DNA of 64,000 nt from a virus, in IMG/VR virus record IMGVR_UViG_3300046804_001245, positions 42,883 through 106,882 of that record. One strand, written 5' to 3'. The notes under the pieces are model-generated. The model was not told the DNA's origin and searched no databases. It saw only the letters and a program-made list of their open reading frames with translations. Shown in pieces: positions 27,867 through 39,710 of this stretch; within the stretch, counting starts at the first letter, position 1, and each line of letters starts with the position of its first letter. A program made the translations under genes and the position numbers.

Positions 27867-28611
27867 TTAATCCCAAGAACTACCTCTAGTAGTTTTTGGT
27901 AAATATTTTTCATCCCCTGTTAAATCGGCTAGAAGGCCCATTAGACGGTTGCAGTCCTCATGCTTCCAGTAGAAGTAGCAGGTTCCATTTTCGACGCCGT
28001 GGCAATTTCCTAGCTCTTTTTCTAGCCTATTTACCATCCAGCGTAAGGCGCCAGTTGCCATAGCTTGATCATCATAGTAATTCTGAAATTCTATTTTTGC
28101 AGTATTCATATATCGTGTAATTTGATCGATATATAATCTATTCATTTTCTTCCTGTGGAGTATATGATGGGGCGGGGCCCAAAAGATATCCTTGATCATG
28201 ATATTTAATCATTTTATCTACTTCTTCTGCCCCCACCAATTTGCTGGCAATAATTGTCATAACATCATAGATACGGTGTAGCATAATATAATTAACCATA
28301 TCTAGGTTCTGTGCTAGATCTTCTTTATTTTCTTCTGTCATGGTCTACCTATATCTTCCCAGAATTTTTCTCTACCCATGGCGTCAGTTTCTTTTATCTG
28401 TCCGCCGTCAGTTTCTAACTGCTTTATCCATTCGGTCATAAAAGTCCAATCCTATTTCTTTTTTGTATTCACAAGAAAGACAGTATAGGTAAATTTTATC
28501 ATCAATTGTTTGATTAGGCATTAGAAGGCCTTGGTCTAGTGGACATTCCACTTTTGACACAAGGCCCTCTTCTGCTAAAGCCAAATATTTAGATACAACC
28601 TGTATCTTCAA
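27867..28611 (-). CDS. Three hypothetical genes (27867-~28145, 28138-28341, 28408-28611 with CP...CLSC)
   Basis: Track ORFs, overlapping or coupled. Confidence 0.65.
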
Positions 28612-28626
28612 TGACTTTCTCCATCT

Positions 28627-29187
28627 CTATTGATTAGGAAACTTTGCTAGCCATTTGCTAACAGATCCACTCTTAATGGATGACCATGAACTCCAGTCAT
28701 TTCCGCCCTGGGTCATGTGATACGTTATCTCTGCGTTAATTACTGGATCAAACAATAGTACGTTCGATCTCAGGTCGAATTTCTCTTTGCGATCATCGCC
28801 AAGGTTTCCCAGCATGTTGATCTGAAAAATTCCGTAGGAACTGTCTCCAGTTTTCCTGTTGCCGTTATACGCCATTGGTCGTCCATTGGACTCCGATTTT
28901 GCTACGGCCCAAGCCAGTTTAAGGGCTTTGCCTTCAAAACCTACAGACTTGAGTAGTTGCAGCAACTCTTTATCTGTAAGCGTTTCTGAAGGTTTGTACA
29001 CAGTGTTGCTGAATTTTTCCAGCGTTTGTTTCTTCAGTTGTGCTTCTGTTTTTGTCTCTGGTTTTACAACCAAAGCTTTGGCTGGCGTCATTACTTCAGG
29101 CTGGACTCCGAATAAGAACAATGTTATCATTCCTATTACGGTCCAACTATGAGCAACATCGCTCAACCGTTGTTTGATATTCTCCAT
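28627..29187 (-). CDS. Membrane-anchored lysozyme-like lytic transglycosylase
   Basis: N-terminal TM; AKSESNG (catalytic Glu), SYGIFQINM, LFDPVINA and WSSW; start after the GGAGG RBS. Confidence 0.85.
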   Translation of the reverse strand: MENIKQRLSDVAHSWTVIGMITLFLFGVQPEVMTPAKALVVKPETKTEAQLKKQTLEKFSNTVYKPSETLTDKELLQLLKSVGFEGKALKLAWAVAKSESNGRPMAYNGNRKTGDSSYGIFQINMLGNLGDDRKEKFDLRSNVLLFDPVINAEITYHMTQGGNDWSSWSSIKSGSVSKWLAKFPNQ

Positions 29188-29271
29188 TGGCATTTCCTCC
29201 TTTAGAGATAACGAACTATAATAGTAACATTGTTTGGCAATGCCTGTCAAGCCAGTTGACCAGAAAATAAA

Positions 29272-30261
29272 ATGCAAATTTCATTCTCAACACCGATAAT
29301 CAATATGAAAACCAATAATGGTTACGGTCATGCTGGCACAAAAATAGTAGATTCTTTAAAAAATTTAGGTCATGAAGTTCCTTTTCAATATTCAAAAGCA
29401 CCAGTACAATTAAACTTTTCTCAACCAGATTATTTTAAACTTCATCGTAATCAATATCAGATTAGTTATACTCCATGGGAATCAACTGTAATTCCTGAAA
29501 GATGGGCTAGTCCTTTATCTTTAGTTCATGAGATCTGGACAACTTCTGATTGGTGTGCTAATGTGTTTGCAGATAACGGATACAAAGATGTTCGTGTTTT
29601 CCCACATGGAATAGATCCTGTTTGGGCGCCCCGCCGCCGCCGTGATGATGACGTTATAAAGTTTTTGCATGTCGGCGAGCCAGCGCCAAGAAAGGCGGGC
29701 CAAATGGTGGTCGACGCTTTTACAAATCTTTTTGGTAATGACCGACGTTATTCTTTAACACTTAAAGTATATAAACATAATACTACTAGAATATATAATA
29801 ACTATATAGATAAAAATATATTAGGTTTACCAAATGTTCTATATAATAATATATATATAATAGATAAAGATATGACAACTGAAGAATTAGTTAAATTGTA
29901 TCATGATCATGATGTTTTAATTTATCCATCATATGGTGAAGGATTTGGATTTATTCCATTACAAGCATTAGCTACTGGTATGCCTACAATTTGTACAGGT
30001 GATTGGGCAGATTATGAAAGATATCTAGGACCATTAAAGTTAAAATCAGAACTTATAGATTCACCTTGGCCTTTTCCACATGAAGGAAAAGTATTTGAAC
30101 CAAACTATCAACATCTACTTGAACTTATGAGAGATGTATCAATAAACTTTAATGCTTATTCTGGATACTATTACGCTCAGTCAACTAAAATACATGAAGA
30201 CTATAACTGGAATCAGTTGACCAATAATGCATTCAGTCACATATTTAAAAAGTTTTCTTAA
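29272..30261 (+). CDS. GT4/GT-B glycosyltransferase
   Basis: RKAG and YPSYGEGFGFIPLQALATGMP motifs. Confidence 0.85.
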   Translation: MQISFSTPIINMKTNNGYGHAGTKIVDSLKNLGHEVPFQYSKAPVQLNFSQPDYFKLHRNQYQISYTPWESTVIPERWASPLSLVHEIWTTSDWCANVFADNGYKDVRVFPHGIDPVWAPRRRRDDDVIKFLHVGEPAPRKAGQMVVDAFTNLFGNDRRYSLTLKVYKHNTTRIYNNYIDKNILGLPNVLYNNIYIIDKDMTTEELVKLYHDHDVLIYPSYGEGFGFIPLQALATGMPTICTGDWADYERYLGPLKLKSELIDSPWPFPHEGKVFEPNYQHLLELMRDVSINFNAYSGYYYAQSTKIHEDYNWNQLTNNAFSHIFKKFS

Positions 30262-30348
30262 ACCCCTTCCCTCTATAAATAAAGTTTGCTAGAATTAGAG
30301 TCTTACTAATTTTTAAATTTAAACCGCAAGGCGGAGAAAAGGTGTTAT

Positions 30349-32283
30349 ATGTCAAGAGTTATTGAAAACCCATACGAAAATTTCATTGCATTATCAAGGT
30401 ATGCAAGATGGATGCCAGAAGAGAATCGCAGAGAAACATGGGGAGAAACTGTAGATCGATACTTTGACTTCATGTTAAATCACCTTGGAAAGAATCACGG
30501 ATATACACCAGATGAAAAGTTAGTTGCAGAACTTAAAGATGCTGTTTATAACCGAAATGTAATGCCGTCAATGCGATCAGTAATGACTGCAGGTGCTGCT
30601 CTTGATAGAGACCATGTTGCAGGATACAACTGCTCATTTGTTCCAGTAGATAATCCACGTTCATTTGATGAAACGATGTATATCTTGATGTGTGGAACTG
30701 GTGTTGGATTCTCTGTTGAATATAAGTATGTCAACAAACTTCCTGCCGTCCCAGAATCATTTGAAAAGTCTACCACCGTTATTGTTGTTGAAGATTCAAA
30801 GACTGGATGGGCAAAAGCTTACCGTGAACTTCTTGCAATGCTTTGGGCAGGACAGATTCCAGCAATCGATGTATCAAAACTTCGTCCAGCAGGTGCTCGT
30901 CTTAAGACAATGGGAGGCCGCTCTTCAGGACCACAGCCATTGATTAATCTTTTTGACTTTACAATCGCAAAGTTTAAAACAGCGGCAGGTCGTCAATTGA
31001 AACCTATCGAAGCACACGATATAATGTGTAAGATTGGTGAAATCGTTGTTGTTGGAGGAGTTCGTCGTTCTGCGATGATCTCGCTTTCAAACATTAATGA
31101 CATTGAGATGGCGGCAGCAAAATCAGGTAACTGGTGGGAGAACAATTCGCAGCGAGCCCTTTCAAATAATTCAGTAGCATATTCTCGTAAACCAGAGATG
31201 GAACAGTTTATTGCAGAATGGAAGAATCTTTATGACTCAAAATCAGGAGAACGTGGTATTTACAATGTGGCGGCTGCTCAAAAGCAGGCAGCACGATGGG
31301 GACGCAGAGACCCTGAAATCCATTACGGAACAAACCCATGTTCAGAAATTATCCTCAGACCTTATCAATTTTGTAACCTCTCTGAAGTTGTAATCAGAGA
31401 GAAGGATACTCGTAAAACAGTAGCAGAAAAGGTAAGACTTGCCACAATTCTAGGAACATGGCAATCTACACTAACAGACTTTAAATACCTTCGTAAAATT
31501 TGGAAAGATAACACCGAAGAAGAAAGACTGCTTGGAGTTTCTCTAACAGGTCAATTTGGCAACAAGTTCTTTTCTGGTAAAGAGAATCTAGATGAACTAG
31601 GAAAGACGCTAGAAAGTCTTCGTGAATATGCTAGAGAGACAAATAAAGTAGAAGCAGAAAAGATTGGCATTAACGAGTCTGCCGCAATCACATGCGTCAA
31701 GCCATCTGGAACTGTATCACAGCTTGTAGGTGTATCTTCTGGAATGCATGCATGGCATTCAGATTATTATATCCGCACAGTTCGTGGTGACAAGAAAGAT
31801 CCACTATCAACATTTTTGAAAGAAGTCGGAATTCCAGTAGAAGATGATTTCATGAAGCCAAACGATACTTATGTCTTCTCATTCCCAGTAAAAGCACCAG
31901 AAGGCGCTATTACGAGAAATGATCTTACTGCTATTGATCACTTAAATACATGGCTCGTATATCAGCGAGCATGGTGCGAACATAAACCATCTATTACTGT
32001 ATCTGTAAAGGAAGATGAATGGATGGAAGTTGGTGCTTGGGTATATAAGCATTTTGATGAAGTATCTGGAATTTCATTCCTTCCACACTCAGATCATAGC
32101 TATAAGCAAGCACCATATCAAGAAGTTACTGAAACAGAATATTTAGAACTTCTTTCTAAGATGCCATCAGAAATTCGTTGGGAAGATTTGTCTTTCTACG
32201 AAACTGAAGACGGAACAAGTGGAACACAGACTCTTGCTTGTACATCAGATGGTAACTGCGAGATTGTGGATATTTCTGCTTAG
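30349..32283 (+). CDS. nrdJ: Class II (B12-dependent) ribonucleotide reductase
   Basis: YNCS, GTGVGF, TNPCSE, FCNL and CVKPSGT motifs; C-terminal CTSDGNC; no small subunit in the window. Confidence 0.9.
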   Translation: MSRVIENPYENFIALSRYARWMPEENRRETWGETVDRYFDFMLNHLGKNHGYTPDEKLVAELKDAVYNRNVMPSMRSVMTAGAALDRDHVAGYNCSFVPVDNPRSFDETMYILMCGTGVGFSVEYKYVNKLPAVPESFEKSTTVIVVEDSKTGWAKAYRELLAMLWAGQIPAIDVSKLRPAGARLKTMGGRSSGPQPLINLFDFTIAKFKTAAGRQLKPIEAHDIMCKIGEIVVVGGVRRSAMISLSNINDIEMAAAKSGNWWENNSQRALSNNSVAYSRKPEMEQFIAEWKNLYDSKSGERGIYNVAAAQKQAARWGRRDPEIHYGTNPCSEIILRPYQFCNLSEVVIREKDTRKTVAEKVRLATILGTWQSTLTDFKYLRKIWKDNTEEERLLGVSLTGQFGNKFFSGKENLDELGKTLESLREYARETNKVEAEKIGINESAAITCVKPSGTVSQLVGVSSGMHAWHSDYYIRTVRGDKKDPLSTFLKEVGIPVEDDFMKPNDTYVFSFPVKAPEGAITRNDLTAIDHLNTWLVYQRAWCEHKPSITVSVKEDEWMEVGAWVYKHFDEVSGISFLPHSDHSYKQAPYQEVTETEYLELLSKMPSEIRWEDLSFYETEDGTSGTQTLACTSDGNCEIVDISA

Positions 32284-32349
32284 TAGTATAATAGAATTGG
32301 GTTAACACCCAAATTCCTGGGCATAGGGCCCAGAAATAAGGAGGTCTTT

Positions 32350-32577
32350 ATGAAAGAAGATCTTAATCAGGATGGAAAGGTAACAATGCAAGAGAAAATT
32401 CTAGCAGCGTTAGCAAGCTATGGCCGTCATTTCCTTGGCGCCGCCATCGCTCTATATATGACTGGTAATACAGACCCAGGAGATTTAATCAAAGGTGGAA
32501 TTGCGGCATGCTTGCCAGTAATCCTCAAGGCATTAAATCCAAATGAGCCATCTTTTGGCTTTACCAAGAAGGCATAA
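32350..32577 (+). CDS. Small membrane protein (holin-like)
   Basis: Two hydrophobic segments ending in ALNPNEPSFG. Confidence 0.55.
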   Translation: MKEDLNQDGKVTMQEKILAALASYGRHFLGAAIALYMTGNTDPGDLIKGGIAACLPVILKALNPNEPSFGFTKKA

Positions 32578-32652
32578 TTTAATAATAGATTAGGATTACT
32601 CCTGTGCTAAAATAAGCATAGGAGTTTTCCTATTTAGGAGATATTTCAGCAA

Positions 32653-33449
32653 ATGGCAGGACAAAAAAATTGGGAAGTAGATCAAGATACTACTTTCACA
32701 TTCGTAGTAGAATATAAAGATCCGAATGATGCAGTCATCGATCTTACTGGCGCTACCGCAAAAATGCAGGTAAGAGATGCTACAGCCCAAAAACTTGCCT
32801 TTACTTTAACATCACCTTCTGGTGGAATAACAATCGACGGAGCCCTTGGCAAAGTTACAGTTAAAATGACTCCAACTCAAACTAAGAAGTTATTCTATCC
32901 AAAATCTATTTATGACCTAATAATCGTAGACAGTAATTCAAATAGAATTAAACTTCTTGGGGGTTACATAACTCTTAAGAGGACTGTCACTGTATGACCG
33001 AAAATATAGTAGTAGTAAATCAAACAGAAAACTCAGTTTTAGTTTCAACTCCTGGTCCACAAGGGCCAAGGGGTAGAACAATTTTAAATGGAGTAGGAGC
33101 CCCATCAGCAAATCTTGGGCTTACTGGAGATTTTTATTATAATACAGCCACAACAGATTTTTATGGACCAAAACTTTCTGATATAACCTGGACTGGCGCA
33201 ACAGTAATTAAATTTATTCAAGAGGGATCAGATTATGCATCTTCTCATTCTTGGGAAATAGGACAAGTATCTGGACCAGTATCAGGAATATATTCAGTTT
33301 CAATAACACATAATTTAGGCTTTTATCCTAATGTAACCGTCAAAACAAGTGGCGGAGACATATTGGAAACAGGAATAGATTATAATAGTATTAATCAAAT
33401 AACACTGACAATGGCTCAACCATTTGCAGGGACAGCGTACCTGTCGTAA
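32653..33449 (+). CDS. Two virion structural proteins (32653-32997; 32994-33449)
   Basis: IDLTGATAKMQVR...YDL baseplate-like motif; GPQGPRG and ITHNLG motifs. Confidence 0.65.
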
Positions 33450-33460
33450 GGAGATAAAAA

Positions 33461-35284
33461 ATGGCAAGATTATTCGTAACTGGCATTAATCTGAATAAAA
33501 ATGAACTTCAGAATGCCAGAATCCAAAACCTCAGCTCTGCGCCGTCTAGCCCAGTAGCAGGTCAAATTTATTTTAACACAACATCAAATGTATTATTCTT
33601 TTACAACGGAACTGAGTGGGTGCCAGCCTCTGGTTCAACGGAAGTAATTCAAGATGTTATCGGCTCTTCCGTAATTGGTGGAACTGGTTTAACTGCAGCA
33701 TATAATGATACATCAGGCGAAACAACAATTGATTTAGACAACACTGCAGTCACACATGGTTCTTATGGAGGATCTGCAGGAAAAACTGTATCCTTTACAG
33801 TAGATCAGCAAGGTCGTTTAACTGCAGCTTCTGACACAAATATTTCAATTACAGCTTCTCAAGTATCAGATTTCACGGAAGCCACACAAGACGCAATATC
33901 AACAGCGCTAACAGAAGGCGAAGGAATTGATATCGTTTATAATGATGGATCAAACACTATCACAATTTCTGGCGAAGATGCCTCAGATACAAATAAAGGT
34001 GTTGCGTCATTCAGCGCAACAGACTTTGTAGTAACAAGCGGAAACGTAACAATAAATTCAGAAAGTATTTCAGATATCGTTGGCGGAATGGTAACTGGAA
34101 ATACAGAAACTGGAATTACGGTTACTTATCAAGATGGAGATAATACTCTTGACTTCGCAGTAGCAGATCAATTCCCATCACATACTACATCAGATCTTGC
34201 TGAGGGTACAAATTTGTACTATACAGAAGAGCGTGTACAAGATGAAATTGCTGATACTATAGTTGGCGGTACAGGAATCGATGCAACATATAATGATTCA
34301 GCTGGAACACTTACAATTGATATTGATTCAACTGTAGCTACAAAAGATGGATCACAAACATTAACAAATAAAGTTCTTGGTACAAGCACATCCCTTGGTG
34401 CAAATCTAGATGCTGGAACCTACAAGATTACAAATCTTGGAACTCCAACAAATTCAACAGATGCAGCAACAAAAGCATATGTAGATGCAGTTTCTGAAGG
34501 CCTACATGTTCATGAGGCAGCAAAAGTTTATGTTGGAACAAATATTACTATCGCAACTGCTCTAGAAGCAGGAGACGTAGTAGATGGAGTAACTCTTGCT
34601 GCAGGAATGCGAGTATTGGTAAATGGCCAAACAACGCAGTCTGAAAATGGCATTTACGTAGTTCAAGCCTCTGGTGGACCAATACGTGCACTAGATTTTG
34701 ATACTCCAACTGAAGTTGCTAGCGGAGACTTTATATTTGTTTCTTCTGGAACAAGTTATGGAAACACTGGATGGGTTCAAACAAATTCCCCAGCAACAAT
34801 TGGAACAGATGCAATTAGCTTTACGCAGTTCTCTGGTGCTGGTACATATACAGCAGGAGCAGGATTAACCCTAACTGGAACAGTATTTAGCGCAGATGTA
34901 ACTCCAACTTCTGGAAATGCATCTCTTATCAATACTGGTGGAGCAATTGAAGTAAAGACTGATACATCTCGTGGTCTTTCTGTAGATGCTAATGGCTTGG
35001 GAGTAAATACAGGAACAGGACTCACATTTAGTTCTGGAGCTCTAACATTTTCTGCAGGATATGGAGTTCGTAAATTTGTAGACGATATCGGAGACGGTGC
35101 AGCTACAACTTATACAATTTCACATAATCTTGGAACTAGAGATATATCAGTTCAAATATTTGAAAATGGATCACCATATGCTCAAGTTGAGGCAGATGTA
35201 GAACATGCTACTGTAAATACAGTAACAATTAAATTTGCAACTGCTCCAACATCAGCACAATATAGAGCGGTAATTGTTGGCTAA
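33461..35284 (+). CDS. Tail fibre/virion protein
   Basis: DAATKAYVD, RVLVNGQTTQSENGIY and HNLGTRD motifs. Confidence 0.75.
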   Translation: MARLFVTGINLNKNELQNARIQNLSSAPSSPVAGQIYFNTTSNVLFFYNGTEWVPASGSTEVIQDVIGSSVIGGTGLTAAYNDTSGETTIDLDNTAVTHGSYGGSAGKTVSFTVDQQGRLTAASDTNISITASQVSDFTEATQDAISTALTEGEGIDIVYNDGSNTITISGEDASDTNKGVASFSATDFVVTSGNVTINSESISDIVGGMVTGNTETGITVTYQDGDNTLDFAVADQFPSHTTSDLAEGTNLYYTEERVQDEIADTIVGGTGIDATYNDSAGTLTIDIDSTVATKDGSQTLTNKVLGTSTSLGANLDAGTYKITNLGTPTNSTDAATKAYVDAVSEGLHVHEAAKVYVGTNITIATALEAGDVVDGVTLAAGMRVLVNGQTTQSENGIYVVQASGGPIRALDFDTPTEVASGDFIFVSSGTSYGNTGWVQTNSPATIGTDAISFTQFSGAGTYTAGAGLTLTGTVFSADVTPTSGNASLINTGGAIEVKTDTSRGLSVDANGLGVNTGTGLTFSSGALTFSAGYGVRKFVDDIGDGAATTYTISHNLGTRDISVQIFENGSPYAQVEADVEHATVNTVTIKFATAPTSAQYRAVIVG

Positions 35285-35742
35285 TGGCTAAAAAGTTTTT
35301 AACTCCCGTCGTTCCGCCAGCCCTGGCTTCAGATCCAGCAAGCGGAACGATAGGAGCTATTTACTACAATACTGCTACTAATGTTTTAAAATTTTATAAT
35401 GGTACTGCATGGACGGCAGTAGGAACTGGAGCTGGTTCATCTTCAGCATCAGCAATACAAGCTTTAGCAACAGCTCCGAATAGCCCAACTCAAGGTGCAG
35501 TTTATTTTGATACAACTGAACAAACAATTAAAGCTTATAATGGAACAATTTGGTACGATGTTGCTGGCCCTAAAGAATTATTGGATCACCAACACTATGC
35601 TGGAGAAGGTTTAGTACGCCATGTAGACTATGGACAATATGTAGATGAATTAAATTATATTGTTTCTATGGACGGCGGAACCGCAAGTTCATCCTATGCA
35701 TCAGCACCAAACAATGATATAATTGACGGAGGAGTGGCATAG
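35284..35742 (+). CDS. Virion protein
   Basis: GAIYYNT...FYNGTAW repeats. Confidence 0.65.
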   Translation: MAKKFLTPVVPPALASDPASGTIGAIYYNTATNVLKFYNGTAWTAVGTGAGSSSASAIQALATAPNSPTQGAVYFDTTEQTIKAYNGTIWYDVAGPKELLDHQHYAGEGLVRHVDYGQYVDELNYIVSMDGGTASSSYASAPNNDIIDGGVA

Positions 35743-35745
35743 AAA

Positions 35746-38547
35746 ATGGCAGTTAGAATTCAGCTTCGTAGAGATACCGCCGCAAATTGGGTTTCTTCAA
35801 ATCCAACACTGCGGGCGGGAGAAATTGGTATTGAAACAGATACCCTTAAATTTAAAGTAGGTACAGGTTCCACACCATGGAATTCAATTACTGCATATGC
35901 AAACGTAGTACCAGCAGACCTAAATACAACCCTAAATGGATATTTAGAAGTTGGCGATTTGAGCAATACTGTGGCGGAAATTGTAGATGGAGCAGTCTAT
36001 GTTCCAGGTACAGATATAGTATTTGAAGGAACTGCAAATGCTCATGAATTAACTCTTACTGCCCCAGATGTAACATCAGATAAAACAATTACATTGCCAG
36101 ACGCTACAACCACTCTTGTAGGAACTGATGTTGCTCAAACTTTAACTAATAAGACTCTTACATCCCCCGTCGTTTCTGGTCTAAGCCTGTCTGATTCAAG
36201 CATCGTATTTGAAGGTGCAGTAGCAGACTCATATGAGACCACATTGACGGTCGGGGAACCAACAGCAGATCGCACAATTACTCTTCCAGATGTTACTGGT
36301 ACAGTAGTTACAACAGGCGACACAGGTTCTGTAACAAATGCAATGTTAGCAGGATCAATTGCTAATGATAAATTAGCTGGATCTATCTCTAATGATAAAC
36401 TAGCTGGATCAATATCAAATGATAAACTTTCAAATTCATCAATTACAATTAACGGAACTGCAACATCTCTTGGTGGAACAAGAACTCTTGGTTCAGATGA
36501 TATTTCAGAAGGTTCTACAAATAAATATTTTACAGATGAACGTGCACAAGACGCTGTAGCGGCAGCAATAGCAGCAGGAACTCATACAAACGTAACAATT
36601 ACTTATGATGATAATGCTAATACTCTAAGCTTTACAGGTGCAGTAACGTATACAGATGAAAATGCTCAGGATGCCGTCGGAAATGCCGTTGGAAACGGTC
36701 TAGACTATGACGATAATACTGGAGCAATTTCTGTAGATCCATCAGAATTTGCCCTAAGCGCAGTTGGTGCGCCTACTGGCAATATTGATCTCGGTACATA
36801 TAAAATTACAAATTTAGGAACTCCAACATCATCGGCAGATGCTGCAACTAAGGCTTATGTAGATAATACTACTGCTGGACTTAACTTTCATGCCGCCGTT
36901 CATGCAGCAACAACTGCAAATCTAGATGCAACATATGCAAATGGTACAGGCGGAGTAGGTGCAACTCTTACTGCAAATGCTAATGGAGCCTTATCATTAG
37001 ATGGGCACACACTTTCAGCAGATGAGCGAGTTCTTGTTAAGAATCAAACGACTGGATCTCAAAACGGTATTTATGTAGTAACAGCCACAGGAGATGGATC
37101 AAATCCATATATCCTAACTCGTGCTACAGATGCTGATAATTCACCAGCAGGTGAAGTAGCATACGGAGATTTCTGCTTTGTACAAAATGGCGGGCAGGCA
37201 GGATATGGATTTATTGTAAATACAACTGGTTCAATTACAATTGGAACAACCGCAATTTCATATGTTCAGTTTAATGCTGGTCAGGTTGTAGTTGCTGGAA
37301 ATGGTCTAACCGAAACAACCCCAGGAACCCTGGCAATTAATACAGCAGTTACTGTTGACCTAAATACAGCACAAACTCTGACCAATAAAACAATTACAGG
37401 ATCATTCACAGGTAATTTAACTGGAAATGCAGATACTGCAACAAATGGAGTAGTTACAACTGGATCTTATTCAAATCCTTCGTGGATAACTAGCCTTGGA
37501 TGGTCTAAAATATCATCTACTCCAACTACAATTTCAGGATATGGAATTACAAATGCAGTTGTAACAGATGCAGCAAATACTATTACTGCCGCTTCTGCTT
37601 CAACAAAACCATTAATTATTAAAGCAGCAGCATCTCAATCTGCCAATCTTCAAGAGTGGCAGAATAGTAGTGGAACTGTAATGGCAACAATAGATTCCAA
37701 TGGAAATCTAAAAACAGAATATCTTTTAGATAAAGCAAATGGTGGAAGTTATATTCAACTTCAATCAAATAATGCAGTATTGTTGTCTACACGCTCATCA
37801 ACAAATAAGGGTTTACTTGTTCAAGGTGTTGCTTCACAATCAGCTAGCCTTCAAGAATGGCAAAATTCAAGCGGAACAGTATTAGCTAAAGTTGATCCTT
37901 CAGGTAATTTAACAGCAGCATCTATAGTTAAATCTGGAGGAACTTCAAGTCAATATTTAATGGCAGATGGTTCTACAAATTCAACTGTAGCAACAACATC
38001 TGGTGGAACTGGATTAACCTCATATGCAACTGGAGATATCCTTTACGCCTCCGCCACAAATACATTAAGCAAACTTTCGGCAGGAACAGACGGATATCTA
38101 CTAACACTATCATCTGGTGCTCCTACATGGGCAGCAGCACCAATTAGCTTGCCAGCTCAAAGCGGGTCTACCGTAGGCAAGTATTTACAGTCAGATGGGA
38201 CAAGCGCTTCTTGGCAAACTCTAGTAGTTCCAATTGAAACAGGTACTGCTACTCTAACTGCAAATACTGCAACAACTATTAGCACTACCGCCCTTTCAGC
38301 ATTCACCTCAATTGAATATATGGTATCGCTAAAGCAGGGATCAAAGGTCAGAACATCTAAGGTAGTAATGCAGACTGACGGAACTTCTGTTGATATGACA
38401 GAATTTGCAATTACAGAAACTGGCGGAACAATGTCAGGAGTAGTAGTTTCAGCAACAACAGCATCAACAAATGGAGTTTTACAGGTAACTGTAACAGATG
38501 CATCAAGCACAAACGTAGATGTAAAATTCAGCAAAGTAAAGTTGTAG
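35746..38547 (+). CDS. Tail fibre with Mtd/hyaluronidase-type N-terminal domain
   Basis: IQLRRDTAANW...GEIGIETDTLKFKVG; two ASQ.A.LQEWQNSSG repeats. Confidence 0.8.
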   Translation: MAVRIQLRRDTAANWVSSNPTLRAGEIGIETDTLKFKVGTGSTPWNSITAYANVVPADLNTTLNGYLEVGDLSNTVAEIVDGAVYVPGTDIVFEGTANAHELTLTAPDVTSDKTITLPDATTTLVGTDVAQTLTNKTLTSPVVSGLSLSDSSIVFEGAVADSYETTLTVGEPTADRTITLPDVTGTVVTTGDTGSVTNAMLAGSIANDKLAGSISNDKLAGSISNDKLSNSSITINGTATSLGGTRTLGSDDISEGSTNKYFTDERAQDAVAAAIAAGTHTNVTITYDDNANTLSFTGAVTYTDENAQDAVGNAVGNGLDYDDNTGAISVDPSEFALSAVGAPTGNIDLGTYKITNLGTPTSSADAATKAYVDNTTAGLNFHAAVHAATTANLDATYANGTGGVGATLTANANGALSLDGHTLSADERVLVKNQTTGSQNGIYVVTATGDGSNPYILTRATDADNSPAGEVAYGDFCFVQNGGQAGYGFIVNTTGSITIGTTAISYVQFNAGQVVVAGNGLTETTPGTLAINTAVTVDLNTAQTLTNKTITGSFTGNLTGNADTATNGVVTTGSYSNPSWITSLGWSKISSTPTTISGYGITNAVVTDAANTITAASASTKPLIIKAAASQSANLQEWQNSSGTVMATIDSNGNLKTEYLLDKANGGSYIQLQSNNAVLLSTRSSTNKGLLVQGVASQSASLQEWQNSSGTVLAKVDPSGNLTAASIVKSGGTSSQYLMADGSTNSTVATTSGGTGLTSYATGDILYASATNTLSKLSAGTDGYLLTLSSGAPTWAAAPISLPAQSGSTVGKYLQSDGTSASWQTLVVPIETGTATLTANTATTISTTALSAFTSIEYMVSLKQGSKVRTSKVVMQTDGTSVDMTEFAITETGGTMSGVVVSATTASTNGVLQVTVTDASSTNVDVKFSKVKL

Positions 38548-38558
38548 GAGGGAAGTAA

Positions 38559-39710
38559 GTGTCAGATAAAAACTTTAAAGTAAAATCTGGACTAAATATC
38601 CCGATTACTTCCGCCGCCATTCTAACTACTGATGCAAGCGGAAATATTTCATCCACTGCAGTTCTTCCAATTACGGCTGGCGGAACAGGACAAACATCAG
38701 CAACTAATGCTATAAATGCCTTACTTCCAGTACAAAACGGATCTACAGTAAATTATGCTCTACAATCGGACGGCAGCAATGTAAATTGGGGCAAATTATA
38801 TAATCAAACAATTAAGAATAACGGAACAACAGTTACCCCAAGAGGAATAGTAAATGTAGTAGGTGCTACATTTTCAGATGATTCTGGAACAGATACTACA
38901 ACAATTACATTTACAGATACTACTGGAGTTTCAACATCTGGCGGATCTACAATTACTGCCGCTTCGGCATCTACAAAGGGTTTAATTATAAAAGGCGCAG
39001 CCTCTCAAACCGCTAATCTTACTGAATGGCAAACAAATGCAGGAGCTATGGTTGCATATGTAGATTCAAATGGATCAGCATTTTTCAATAGTAATCTTCA
39101 AGTCAATGGAGTTGCTGCAGTAGGCGGAGGCCCACAAGCATATTCTCAACTTATTATTCAAACAAATTCAGCAACTAGAAATGGCTTAGTAATAAAAGCA
39201 GCATCTAGTCAAACCGCCAACCTTCAAGAATGGCAGAATAATAGCGGTACAGTATTAGCTTCCATTGATCCTAATGGACAAATAAGAACACCACAGATTT
39301 TAAATACAGCCTCTTTTAATAATTCTCGTTTACAAATGACAAGTACTGGTTCCTTATTTGATGTAGGCGTGGCTTCTAATGTGGCTTTACGTGTTCGTGG
39401 CGCCGCCTCCCAAACCGCCAATCTTCAAGAGTGGCAAAATTCGGGGGGAACTGTATTGGCTAAAGTAGATTCATCTGGCTCTATGTTTACCACAACTGCG
39501 ACGGCAGGAACAAATACAACTCAAGTAGCAACAACAGAATTTGTTAAAACTGCGATAGATAATTTAATAGCATCTGCGCCAGGAACCCTAGATACTCTTG
39601 ATGAAATTGCACAAGCTCTAAATGATGATCCTAATTTCTATACAACTATAACTACTTTGACAAATGCATTAGCAGAGCAAGATTCATATACACTAATGGG
39701 GGTCTTTTAA
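38559..39710 (+). CDS. Tail fibre protein
   Basis: Three ASQTANL.EWQ repeats; ATTEFV...APGTLDTLDEIAQALNDDPNF motif. Confidence 0.8.
   Translation: MSDKNFKVKSGLNIPITSAAILTTDASGNISSTAVLPITAGGTGQTSATNAINALLPVQNGSTVNYALQSDGSNVNWGKLYNQTIKNNGTTVTPRGIVNVVGATFSDDSGTDTTTITFTDTTGVSTSGGSTITAASASTKGLIIKGAASQTANLTEWQTNAGAMVAYVDSNGSAFFNSNLQVNGVAAVGGGPQAYSQLIIQTNSATRNGLVIKAASSQTANLQEWQNNSGTVLASIDPNGQIRTPQILNTASFNNSRLQMTSTGSLFDVGVASNVALRVRGAASQTANLQEWQNSGGTVLAKVDSSGSMFTTTATAGTNTTQVATTEFVKTAIDNLIASAPGTLDTLDEIAQALNDDPNFYTTITTLTNALAEQDSYTLMGVF

Noticed and set aside
30349-32283. Intein or intron in nrdJ
   Set aside because: Continuous 644-aa ORF with normal motif spacing.
35746-38547. Diversity-generating retroelement suggested by the Mtd-like N-terminus
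   Set aside because: No reverse transcriptase and no adenine-specific template/variable repeat pair seen in the window.
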